This document shows, piece after piece, positions 51,667 through 60,238 of a stretch of DNA of 64,000 nucleotides. The notes below the pieces were generated by a model. That model was not told the origin of the DNA. It saw only the letters and a list, made by a program, of their open reading frames with translations, and did no database searches. Where the stretch lies: contig CAWDSK010000003.1 of assembly GCA_963804995.1 (NCBI GenBank), positions 96,001-160,000 of the forward strand. Direction: 5' to 3'. Numbering within the stretch: the stretch's first letter is position 1; each line of letters begins with the position of its first letter. This stretch comes from an uncultured Acidobacteriota bacterium. GTDB lineage: Bacteria; Acidobacteriota; Terriglobia; UBA7540. The translations under genes were made by a program, and so were the position numbers.

Positions 51667-53775
51667 ATGAAAAACCGTTGGTCTGATCAAGACGCCCATC
51701 AATTCGTGGCGCAATACGGCACCCAGTGGGGAGAAGATCTGGCTTTACGGACGTACACCACGCGCTTGCTCGGCAGCGATGCGGCGCTCGTGCTGCACGG
51801 TGGTGGCAATACTTCCGTGAAGGCAACTTATCGGAATGTCTTTGGCCAGGCTATGCCGGCGCTCTTCATGAAGGCGTCGGGGTTCAATATGGCCAAGATC
51901 GAACCTCCGGGCCACACCCCGCTTGACCTTGAATATTTGAAACGGCTGTGCGCCTTGCCGGAGCTCTCCGATGACGCGATGGCCGGCGAGTTCCTCTTGC
52001 ATCGCCTGGATCCGGAAGCCGCGCCGCCCTCGATCGAGACCCTTTCGCACGCTTATCTCCCCGCCAAATTCATCGACCACACGCACGCAGACGCCATCCT
52101 GGTGCTGACCAATCAGCCCGAGGGCGATAAGCTGATTCGCGAAGCGCTGGGCGACGGCGTAGCGCTGGTGGACTACTTCAAGCCCGGATTCAAACTGGCC
52201 AAGGCCGTGATCGCCGCTTACGATTCGAACCCAGGGTGCCGGGCTCTGGTGTGGTTGCGGCACGGAATCATGACTTGGGGCGCGACGGCACAAGCCTCCT
52301 ACGAAGCCATGATTGATTTGGTGACACGCGCCGAGGAATTCGCGGCCCGGCGCGCTTCAAAGCCGCTAGTAGTGGTAGTCCATACGCCGCTTGCCGAAGC
52401 GGAAAAACGACTAGTGGAAATTGTCCCAGTAGTGAGGGGTTTGATGGGACGTCGCGCGCTAGAGCGCGCGGAGCCGCAACGTCGTCGCGTAATAGTGCGA
52501 CATATTGTCAATCCCAGCATCCTGGATTTTCTTGCGTCTGACCGCGGGAAAGAACTGGCGCTGACACCCACGCTGACGTCCGACCATCTGATCCGCACCA
52601 AGGCCCTGCCCCTCTGGATCGATGACCCTGACTACAGCGACCCCGTGAAGCTGCGCGCCCAGCTCACCAAGGGGTTCGAAGAGTATGCCCTCCAGTACCA
52701 GGCTTATCTCGCCAGGCACGCCGCGCTGATGCCCCCGGGCATGCAGCCTTTCGATTCCCTGCCCCGAGTGGTTTTGCTGCCCGGTCTCGGAGCCCTATGC
52801 GCCGGCAAGGATGTTTACGCAGCCAACATCGCCCGCGACATCACGGCGCAGACGCTCGCGGCCAAGGCCAAAATTGCCGCGATGGGAACCTACCAAGGGC
52901 TCGACGAGCGGCACCTTTTTGAGGTGGAATACTTCACCTTGCAGCACGCCAAACTGCGCACCGATGAGCCTCCCCTGGGGCGCGAGGTCGCGATTGTAAC
53001 CGGAGCGGCGGGGGCGATTGGTTCAGCCATTGCGGAGGGGCTTCTCAAGCAAGGGTGTCACGTGGCGCTGACCGACTTGCCGGGCGCGGCGCTCGACAAA
53101 CTCGGCGCAGAACTCAGTTCTCAATACGGTGACCGAGTCGTCACCGCGCCCCTGGACGTGACTGATCCCGCTTCCGTCACGCAGGGCTTCGAGGCGGTAA
53201 TCAGAACCTGGGGGGGCGTCGACCTGGTGATTATCAACGCCGGCATCGCCATGGTCTCACCCCTGGAGCAGATGGACCTCCAGGCTTTCCAGCGCGTCGA
53301 GCGGGTCAATACCGATGGAACGCTGCTGCTGTTGCGCGAATCGGCGCGCCACTTCCGACTGCAAGGGACAGGCGGCGATATCATCCTGGTATCGACCAAG
53401 AACGTTTTTATGCCGGGCGCAAAGTTCGGCGCGTACAGCGCCACCAAAGCCGCGGCTCACCAGTTGGCGCGCATCGCCAGCCAGGAAATGGCGGAGTTGG
53501 ATGTGCGCGTCAACATGGTGGCTCCGGACGCGGTCTTTTCACATGGCAGTCGCCGGTCCGGGCTGTGGGCGGAAGTCGGCCCCGACCGGATGCGCGCGCG
53601 GGGGCTGGATGAAAAAGGTCTGGAAGAATACTACCGGTCACGCAATCTTTTGAAGGCGGCGGTGACCGCCCAGCACGTTTCGCGCGCCGTGCTGTTCTTC
53701 GCCACACGGCAAACTCCCACCACCGGCGCCACAATTCCCGTGGACGGCGGGTTGCCCGACGCGACGCCAAGGTAG
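51667..53775 (+). CDS. Bifunctional class II aldolase / short-chain dehydrogenase (RhaD-like)
   Basis: LVLHGGGNTSVK, PSIET, DHTHAD, VTGAAGAIG, NAGI, YSATK, PVDGG. Confidence 0.93.
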   Translation: MKNRWSDQDAHQFVAQYGTQWGEDLALRTYTTRLLGSDAALVLHGGGNTSVKATYRNVFGQAMPALFMKASGFNMAKIEPPGHTPLDLEYLKRLCALPELSDDAMAGEFLLHRLDPEAAPPSIETLSHAYLPAKFIDHTHADAILVLTNQPEGDKLIREALGDGVALVDYFKPGFKLAKAVIAAYDSNPGCRALVWLRHGIMTWGATAQASYEAMIDLVTRAEEFAARRASKPLVVVVHTPLAEAEKRLVEIVPVVRGLMGRRALERAEPQRRRVIVRHIVNPSILDFLASDRGKELALTPTLTSDHLIRTKALPLWIDDPDYSDPVKLRAQLTKGFEEYALQYQAYLARHAALMPPGMQPFDSLPRVVLLPGLGALCAGKDVYAANIARDITAQTLAAKAKIAAMGTYQGLDERHLFEVEYFTLQHAKLRTDEPPLGREVAIVTGAAGAIGSAIAEGLLKQGCHVALTDLPGAALDKLGAELSSQYGDRVVTAPLDVTDPASVTQGFEAVIRTWGGVDLVIINAGIAMVSPLEQMDLQAFQRVERVNTDGTLLLLRESARHFRLQGTGGDIILVSTKNVFMPGAKFGAYSATKAAAHQLARIASQEMAELDVRVNMVAPDAVFSHGSRRSGLWAEVGPDRMRARGLDEKGLEEYYRSRNLLKAAVTAQHVSRAVLFFATRQTPTTGATIPVDGGLPDATPR

Positions 53776-53957
53776 GACAGTGGCTAGTGGTTAGTGGCTG
53801 GAAAAGGCTGAAATTCGAAAATCGAAACTCGAAAATCGTGGCGAGTTTCGAATTTCGATTTTCGAGTTTCGGCTTTCGGGTGCAACGCACAACCAACGTC
53901 TTCCGGCCCACCGATCCCCCTGCGCAAACCCGCCGCCGGATGTTACAATCCTTCCGA

Positions 53958-54483
53958 ATGGTCCGGAACGTCCCAGGAGACAACGCGCGTCATTGGCATC
54001 GACCCGGGGTTGAATATCACCGGGTATGGGGTGGTGGAAAGCTGCGCCAGTGAAGTCAAACTTGTGGAGGCCGGCGTGATTCGGCTGCCCCCCAGCCAGG
54101 GGGAAAATCTGGCGGCGCGGTTGGAATCGCTGTTCAATGAGCTTCAACAAGTGATCAAGGAGTTCAACCCGCGGGCCATGTGTCTGGAGGAAGTTTACAG
54201 CCATGCCGATTACCCCCGGACAGCAATTCTGATGGGCCACGCGCGTGGGGTTATTTGCCTGGCGGCGCAACTGGCGGGAATCCCGGTGCTGAGTTTTTCC
54301 GCCAAACGCGTCAAGCAGTCGGTGACGGGCAATGGCAATGCCTCGAAACTTCAAGTGCAGCGCTCGGTGCAGCACTTCTTTTCGCTCAATCGAACGCCGC
54401 ACCCACCGGATGTGGCCGATGCGCTGGCGGTGGCTCTGTGTTATGTGAACGCCACCCGCTACGCGAGGAATGGGAAGCGATAG
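53958..54483 (+). CDS. ruvC: Holliday junction resolvase RuvC (one extra G after the ATG)
   Basis: RVIGIDPGLNITGYG, LEEVY, GHARG, VKQSVTGNGNASK, DVADALAVA; removing G at 53961 gives MSGTSQETTRVIGIDPG. Confidence 0.93.
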
Positions 54484-54579
54484 GTGCCGGGTGTCAGGTG
54501 CCAGGTGTCAGCAAAACCCTAGCATCCAACACCTGATACCTGGTACCTGACACCTGATACCTTAGGGAGGAAACACACC

Positions 54580-55224
54580 CTGATCTCCGAAATAACCGGC
54601 GAAGTACTCTACGACCGCATCCAACGCCACTCACTCCTAGTGAGAGTGGAATCGCTTTGCTACGAGATTTTCGTGCCCTCGGGCATTGCCTCGCGCCTGC
54701 GAACCACGCCGGGCCCGGAACGCCGCAATCCCCTGACCTTTTACACGATTTATTACATCGACGGCGGCCTGGGCGGGGGCCACCTGACGCCCAAGCTGGT
54801 CGGCTTCCTCAACCCCCTGGACCGGGAGTTTTTCGAAACCTTCACGACGGTACCGGGTGTGGGTTTTATGAAGGCGTTGAAGTGCCTAATCCGACCAATC
54901 AATGAAATTGCACGCGCGATCGAGCGGGGGGACTCCGCCTTCCTGCGGGGGTTACCATCCGTGGGCCCTAAAATCGCGGAGCGACTCATCACCGAGCTGC
55001 GTGGCAAGATGGCCAAGTTTGCGCTGGCACCTAGCGAAGAACCACTTTCTGTCGAAGAAGAATCCGTATCTCAGATAAGGGTAGAAGCGGTGCATGCACT
55101 TGAGCAGATCGAATTCCCACATGCAGAAGCAGAGCGCATCGTGGCGCAAATCTTCAGTCAGAATAAGAACCTGAACTCAGTGGAGGATTTCCTACGAAAG
55201 GTGTTTGAACAAAAGGAATCATGA
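54580..55224 (+). CDS. ruvA: Holliday junction DNA-binding protein RuvA (divergent; probable CTG start)
   Basis: GGGAGG RBS then CTG ISEITG; LVGF, TVPGVG, LPSVGPKIAERLITELRGK HhH motifs; between ruvC and ruvB. Confidence 0.85.
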   Translation: MISEITGEVLYDRIQRHSLLVRVESLCYEIFVPSGIASRLRTTPGPERRNPLTFYTIYYIDGGLGGGHLTPKLVGFLNPLDREFFETFTTVPGVGFMKALKCLIRPINEIARAIERGDSAFLRGLPSVGPKIAERLITELRGKMAKFALAPSEEPLSVEEESVSQIRVEAVHALEQIEFPHAEAERIVAQIFSQNKNLNSVEDFLRKVFEQKES

Positions 55225-56513
55225 AGGAAAAGCGTACAAGGCACCGCTCGCGGGAGCTAGATCAACGGAAGCCGGCTTCACTAGCATCACCTTCGGCGCT
55301 TGGCAGCCAGAATGATGCTATGTCAGAAGACGGACTCGTAACTGGTGCCCTGTTATCAGAAGGCAAGAACGAGCGAGCAAAGCGGCAGAAATTCGTGGTC
55401 AGGCGCATTGAGCCCGGCACTATCGATAATCCGAACCTCAAAACACCTGCCAAGGAAGCCACGCTGGGCCGGCAGCGATTGGTCACGCCTGCCGCGATTT
55501 CGAAAGAAGAGGAAACATTCAATCAAAGTCTCCGCCCTCCCACGCTCCGGGAGTACGTCGGCCAGAAGACCGTTGTGGAAAAGCTCGAAATTGCACTTGA
55601 GGCCGCGAAACAGCGCCGAGAACCGTTGGAGCACGTACTCTTTCACGGGCCGCCGGGTCTTGGCAAGACAACCCTAGCCTACATTATCGCCCACTGGATG
55701 GGATCTAAGATCGTTACTACGTCTGGACCGGCCCTCGAGCGTACGCACCAACTAATGGGTGTTCTCACTAACCTAAACCAAAATGATGTGTTGTTTATCG
55801 ACGAAATTCATCGTTTGCCAGTAAATATTGAGGAGTTTTTGTACCCTGCAATGGAAGATTTTAGATTAGACATCCCAGTAGATAAAGGACCTTTCGCGAG
55901 GATCATGACGTACCCGCTTAAGAGATTCACACTTGTTGGTGCTACTACCCGCGCGGGGACTGTATCAGCCCCGCTTCGAAACAGATTCGGGCTCTCTTAT
56001 CACTTGGATTTCTATGGTGTGGACGAACTGCAAAACATCGTCCTCCGCTCAGCACGCATCTTAAAAGTAAAAATCAACCGTGCAGGGGCAAGCGAGATCG
56101 CACGCCGCGCCCGTGGTACGCCGCGCATTGCAAACCGCTTATTGCGCCGCGTCCGGGATTTCGCCCAGGTAAAGAAAAAAGGGCTTATTAGTCCGAAGGT
56201 CGCCGGGGAAGCTTTGGACCTCGAAGGTATCGATCAGAAAGGCTTGGATGCGCTCAACCACAATTTCCTCCTGACCATTATCCAACATTACAACGGTGGG
56301 CCGGTCGGTGTCGAAGCGCTCTCTGCTACGCTTAATGAAGAAGTGGACACGCTTGTGGACATGGTTGAACCATACCTATTGCAGCAGGGGTTCATTAGCC
56401 GCACCAAAAGCGGTCGCAAAGCAAATAAACCAGCCTACGAACACTTGGGCATTCGACCACTCACCAATATGGAAGTGGAGTTACCATTTGAGAAACCGGA
56501 TCCGATTGATTAA
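55221..56513 (+). CDS. ruvB: Holliday junction branch-migration ATPase RuvB (long N-terminal extension)
   Basis: LRPPTLREYVGQ, GPPGLGKTT, FIDEIHR, LYPAMEDF, GATTRAG, RGTPRIANRLL, EPYL. Confidence 0.96.
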   Translation: MKEKRTRHRSRELDQRKPASLASPSALGSQNDAMSEDGLVTGALLSEGKNERAKRQKFVVRRIEPGTIDNPNLKTPAKEATLGRQRLVTPAAISKEEETFNQSLRPPTLREYVGQKTVVEKLEIALEAAKQRREPLEHVLFHGPPGLGKTTLAYIIAHWMGSKIVTTSGPALERTHQLMGVLTNLNQNDVLFIDEIHRLPVNIEEFLYPAMEDFRLDIPVDKGPFARIMTYPLKRFTLVGATTRAGTVSAPLRNRFGLSYHLDFYGVDELQNIVLRSARILKVKINRAGASEIARRARGTPRIANRLLRRVRDFAQVKKKGLISPKVAGEALDLEGIDQKGLDALNHNFLLTIIQHYNGGPVGVEALSATLNEEVDTLVDMVEPYLLQQGFISRTKSGRKANKPAYEHLGIRPLTNMEVELPFEKPDPID

Positions 56514-57702
56514 GCCAGAGGTGGGCTTGTCACCAAGGCAACGTGATGTGCCCGAACGGGAGCCAGTGCGCCATCCCCTTGGGTTTGCGGAAATTGTTGG
56601 CCAAACGACCGCGATTCAGCGATTGAAGGAATTCGTCGCTTTGTATTACCAATCTGGAAAACCACCGGGGCATGTCTTACTCACAGGAGTCGAGGGCATT
56701 GGAAAACGAACGCTCGCCCGTGCCTTCGCGGCGGAATACTCCAGCACCCTCAAGGAGATTGATTCCAAGGCACAGAAGAAAACTTTTGACATTTTAGGAA
56801 TCCTAACGAATCTCGGTGACGGGGATTCCCTTTTGGTTAGCGATGTCGCGAGGATTCCCAAGAATCTCATGAGTTTCTTCGTGCCGTGTTTGACAGAGTT
56901 CGGCTGCGATTTCGTTATAGATAAGGGCATGTTCGCCAGGACCGTAAAGATCCCACTTAAACGGTTTACCTGCCTTGCTACTGCACGTTCAAAAACAGAA
57001 TGCCCACCCGAATTGGTCGAGGCTTTTCCACTGATCATCCCCCTTCAGGGTTATTCACAAAAGGAGATGGTAGGTATTTGCGAGCAATTGGTACAGCGGA
57101 GAGGTATTACCATCACGCCGGTGGCAGCGGATCTCGTAGCAGGGGCATCGGCGGGCACTCCCCACCACATCGAGGTGTTGGTTGACCGGCTAGTTCAATT
57201 AGGACGAACTACGATTTCGGCGGAGGATATTGCTCAAGTCGCTTCGCTCCTCGGTTTGAACACAGGCGAGACTGGCTCGGGTTCACCTGGTGAGATTGAC
57301 TCAATCTCCGGAGTAGACTTTGAAAAGGTTGTTGCCGCGCTTTTGCGTGCAATGGGCTTTCAGACTGAAATGACCGAGGTCACAGGTGACGGCGGTATTG
57401 ACATTGTAGCGACCCTCAACAAGCCGTTAATTGGTGGGCGTTTCCTAATCCAATGCAAGAGGTTCGCTCCCGATAAGCTCGTCGGCGCCGCGACCGTTCG
57501 GGACTTCTACGGCGCTGTTACTGCCGACCGTTCGGCTGTTAAGGGGATTCTGATTACAACGTCAGGTTTTACGTCGCAGGCTCTGGCTTTCGCTCAACGA
57601 CTACCAATTGAACTTATTGGCGGCCCGCAGTTACGATCGCTTCTTGCCCAACATGGGATTTCACCAGAAAGTCAGAATGGGCCACATTCCCTCTTTGAGT
57701 GA
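56506..57702 (+). CDS. RuvB-like AAA+ domain (degenerate) fused to Mrr-like restriction endonuclease (start uncertain)
   Basis: IVGQ, HVLLTGVEGIGKRT, GILTNL, IDKGMFAR, PLKRFT mirror the adjacent RuvB; C-terminal FEKVVAALL, GDGGIDIV, IQCKRF, GILITTSGFT. Confidence 0.85.
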   Translation: MIKPEVGLSPRQRDVPEREPVRHPLGFAEIVGQTTAIQRLKEFVALYYQSGKPPGHVLLTGVEGIGKRTLARAFAAEYSSTLKEIDSKAQKKTFDILGILTNLGDGDSLLVSDVARIPKNLMSFFVPCLTEFGCDFVIDKGMFARTVKIPLKRFTCLATARSKTECPPELVEAFPLIIPLQGYSQKEMVGICEQLVQRRGITITPVAADLVAGASAGTPHHIEVLVDRLVQLGRTTISAEDIAQVASLLGLNTGETGSGSPGEIDSISGVDFEKVVAALLRAMGFQTEMTEVTGDGGIDIVATLNKPLIGGRFLIQCKRFAPDKLVGAATVRDFYGAVTADRSAVKGILITTSGFTSQALAFAQRLPIELIGGPQLRSLLAQHGISPESQNGPHSLFE

Positions 57703-57731
57703 AACCGTCATGCTGCCTAACCAGGGTTTCC

Positions 57732-58268
57732 ATGTTACCTGAAACGAATGCTTCCGCACCGCCCCGTCGCGATGAACTGAAGCAGGTTTACCTGTCGCTG
57801 GGATCGAATATCGGCGATCGGGTGGCAAACCTTCGCAAAGCCATCGAAGAGCTCGACAAGGTCCGGGTCAAGGTTCAAGGGGTATCGTCGTTTTACCGGA
57901 CTGAGCCGGTGGATTTCAGTCCCCAGGCCTGGTTCCTGAATTGCGTAGTGGAGGCCACGACCGAATTGATGCCTCTGCAACTTCTCAAGGCGGTGAAATC
58001 CGCGGAGCGGGCCGTGGGGCGTCGACCGGGAGTCAGCAAGGGCCCTCGACCGATTGACATTGATATCCTGCTTTACGAAAATGTAGTGGTTCGCTCCTCC
58101 GTCTTGACGATTCCTCATGCGCGCATGAGCGAAAGACGGTTTGTGCTGGTCCCCTTGCGCGAATTAGCGCCCGCGGCGCGTCACCCGGTGACCCGGCGGA
58201 CCGTGCTTGAGATGCTTCAGGAGACGAGGGACCTTAGTCAGGTGGTTCGATTCAGAGTTGAGTCATAG
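57732..58268 (+). CDS. folK: 2-amino-4-hydroxy-6-hydroxymethyldihydropteridine diphosphokinase
   Basis: YLSLGSNIG, FLNCV, GPRPIDIDIL, IPH, RRFVLVPL. Confidence 0.96.
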   Translation: MLPETNASAPPRRDELKQVYLSLGSNIGDRVANLRKAIEELDKVRVKVQGVSSFYRTEPVDFSPQAWFLNCVVEATTELMPLQLLKAVKSAERAVGRRPGVSKGPRPIDIDILLYENVVVRSSVLTIPHARMSERRFVLVPLRELAPAARHPVTRRTVLEMLQETRDLSQVVRFRVES

Positions 58269-58339
58269 GCCGCGATATAGTAGCATTTTGGAGCGTCAAT
58301 TCAGGGCCGGCGGGTTGGTGCGGCCCTATGAGGTAAGCG

Positions 58340-59005
58340 GTGTCAAAACCCCGGGATCGCGAGCCCCTACGCTTCCTCGCCATTGAAGGTCCGATTCGTG
58401 TCGGCAAGACCAGTCTCGCCGACCTGCTGGCGGACTCTCTCCACGCGGAGCGCATCCGCGACGTTGAAGACAATCCGTTTCTGGAATCCTTTTATGGCGA
58501 TAAGCCCGGAGCGGCATTTCCCGCCCAGTTCCACTTTCTCATGCAACGGTTCAAGCAGTTGCGCTCACTCGATGTGGCGGCTCATCCCAATCGTCTGATC
58601 ATCAGCGATTACATTTTTGAAAAAGATAAAATCTTTGCGTATCTGAACCTCAACGACACCGAGCTGAAGCTCTACGACCAGTATTATGAGGTGTTTGCCG
58701 AACAGACCCCCATCCCGGATTTGGTGATATACTTGCAAGCGAAGCCGGAAGCGCTGAAGAAGCGGATCGAGAAGAAGGATGTGCCGTTTGAACACAGCAT
58801 TTCTGACGATTATCTGGAAGCTGTAGTGAACGCTTACGAGCACTTCTTCTTCCATTACAAGTCCAGTGATTTGCTGGTGATCGAAACCTCCGAAATCGAT
58901 TTTGTCGACCGGAAGGAAGATTTGCAGCAACTCCTGGACCGCTTGAGCCAGCCGGTTAAAGGCACGCAGTATTTCTTGCCGCTTGGATCCGCCTCGGCGG
59001 ACTGA
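58340..59005 (+). CDS. Deoxynucleoside kinase
   Basis: IEGPIRVGKTSLA, NPFLESFY, DYIFEKD, PDLVIYLQA. Confidence 0.9.
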   Translation: MSKPRDREPLRFLAIEGPIRVGKTSLADLLADSLHAERIRDVEDNPFLESFYGDKPGAAFPAQFHFLMQRFKQLRSLDVAAHPNRLIISDYIFEKDKIFAYLNLNDTELKLYDQYYEVFAEQTPIPDLVIYLQAKPEALKKRIEKKDVPFEHSISDDYLEAVVNAYEHFFFHYKSSDLLVIETSEIDFVDRKEDLQQLLDRLSQPVKGTQYFLPLGSASAD

Positions 59006-59065
59006 GACGGTCGAAGCCCGCGGAATGTGTCCTGTCCAGCCCGTGTAGCGATGCACGGGCGAGCA

Positions 59066-59181
59066 GAGGCTAGAAGAGTTTCAGACCCTCTCTGTCCAGG
59101 CGAGTGGAGGCCCGCACGGGCCCCCCGGACGCTACGTGATGAGCGCCGGAATTACTTCCTGTGACCGAGAGGTTTTTTTAT
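59066..59181 (+). ncRNA. Probable pan RNA motif / attenuator leader of panBC
   Basis: GGCTAGAAGAGTTTCAGACC..TGTCCAGGCGAGTGGA..GGAC bulged stems resemble the pan motif as I recall it; CCTCTC...GAGAGG then T7; directly upstream of panB. Confidence 0.6.
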
Positions 59182-59262
59182 TTGAAAGACCCGGCGGTCG
59201 CCGGACGCCCATTCGTTACGATTGATGTGAAGGTTTTAAATCTCCCTCAAGGAGGAAACGCC

Positions 59263-60135
59263 ATGGACCCCAACTCTCAGGCCGTGAGCAAAGTAACCGT
59301 TCCCGTCATCCTGGAAAGAAAGCTGCGAGGGGAGAAGATTACCTGCCTGACTGCCTACGACTACCCCACGGCCCGGCTGGTGGACGAAGCCGGATTCGAC
59401 ATGATTCTGGTAGGAGACTCGCTTGCGCAGACCGTTTTGGGTTATAATTCTACAGTACCTGTAACTGTGGAGGAGATGCTACATCATACACGGGCGGTAC
59501 GCCGGGCGGTTCGACGGGCCTTACTGATTGCCGATCTGCCGTTTGGCGCTTATCACGTGGACGACGACCAGGCGGTGGCCTGTTCCGTGCGTTACCTCAA
59601 GGAAGGCGGCGCGGAAGCCGTCAAGCTCGAGGGTGGACAAAGGCGCGCCGCCCTGGTGCGACGGCTGGTGCAAGCGGAGATCCCCGTGATGGGCCACATT
59701 GGCCTGACGCCCCAATCGATCCATGCCCTGGGCGGCTATCGGGTCCAAGGGAGGACGATGGACTCCGCGAACGAACTGCTGGCCGACGCCGAAGCCCTGG
59801 AAGAAGCCGGCGCCTTTGCCATTGTTCTGGAAGGCATGCCGCGCGAACTGGCCGCCAAGCTCACCCGCCGCCTGCGAGTTCCCACCATCGGGATCGGCGC
59901 CGGACCCGACTGCGATGGGCAGGTGCTGGTGGTCAATGACCTGGTGGGTTTAAGTTTTGGACGGCCGGCAAAGTTCGTACGGACGTACGCAAACCTCGCG
60001 GAGACCATGCGCCAGGCTTTTTCAAGTTTTCGCAATGACGTGATAGAGGGCCGCTATCCCAACGATGACGAGTCGTACCACTGGCCCGCCGCCCTGCGCG
60101 AGCAGGTTGAAAAGGAAATGATCGGCCCAGCCTGA
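59263..60135 (+). CDS. panB: 3-methyl-2-oxobutanoate hydroxymethyltransferase
   Basis: LTAYD, LVGDSL, AVKLEGG, GHIGLTPQ, IGIGAG; GGAGG RBS. Confidence 0.97.
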   Translation: MDPNSQAVSKVTVPVILERKLRGEKITCLTAYDYPTARLVDEAGFDMILVGDSLAQTVLGYNSTVPVTVEEMLHHTRAVRRAVRRALLIADLPFGAYHVDDDQAVACSVRYLKEGGAEAVKLEGGQRRAALVRRLVQAEIPVMGHIGLTPQSIHALGGYRVQGRTMDSANELLADAEALEEAGAFAIVLEGMPRELAAKLTRRLRVPTIGIGAGPDCDGQVLVVNDLVGLSFGRPAKFVRTYANLAETMRQAFSSFRNDVIEGRYPNDDESYHWPAALREQVEKEMIGPA

Positions 60136-60238
60136 CCCATTCTCTCCAGGCGCCCGCTGGCCTGCCGCCCAGCCCCGCCTACTCAGTATTCCAAAACGGC
60201 ACCTCTGCCGGGCCGGCACGCAGGTGAACGCGTCCACC

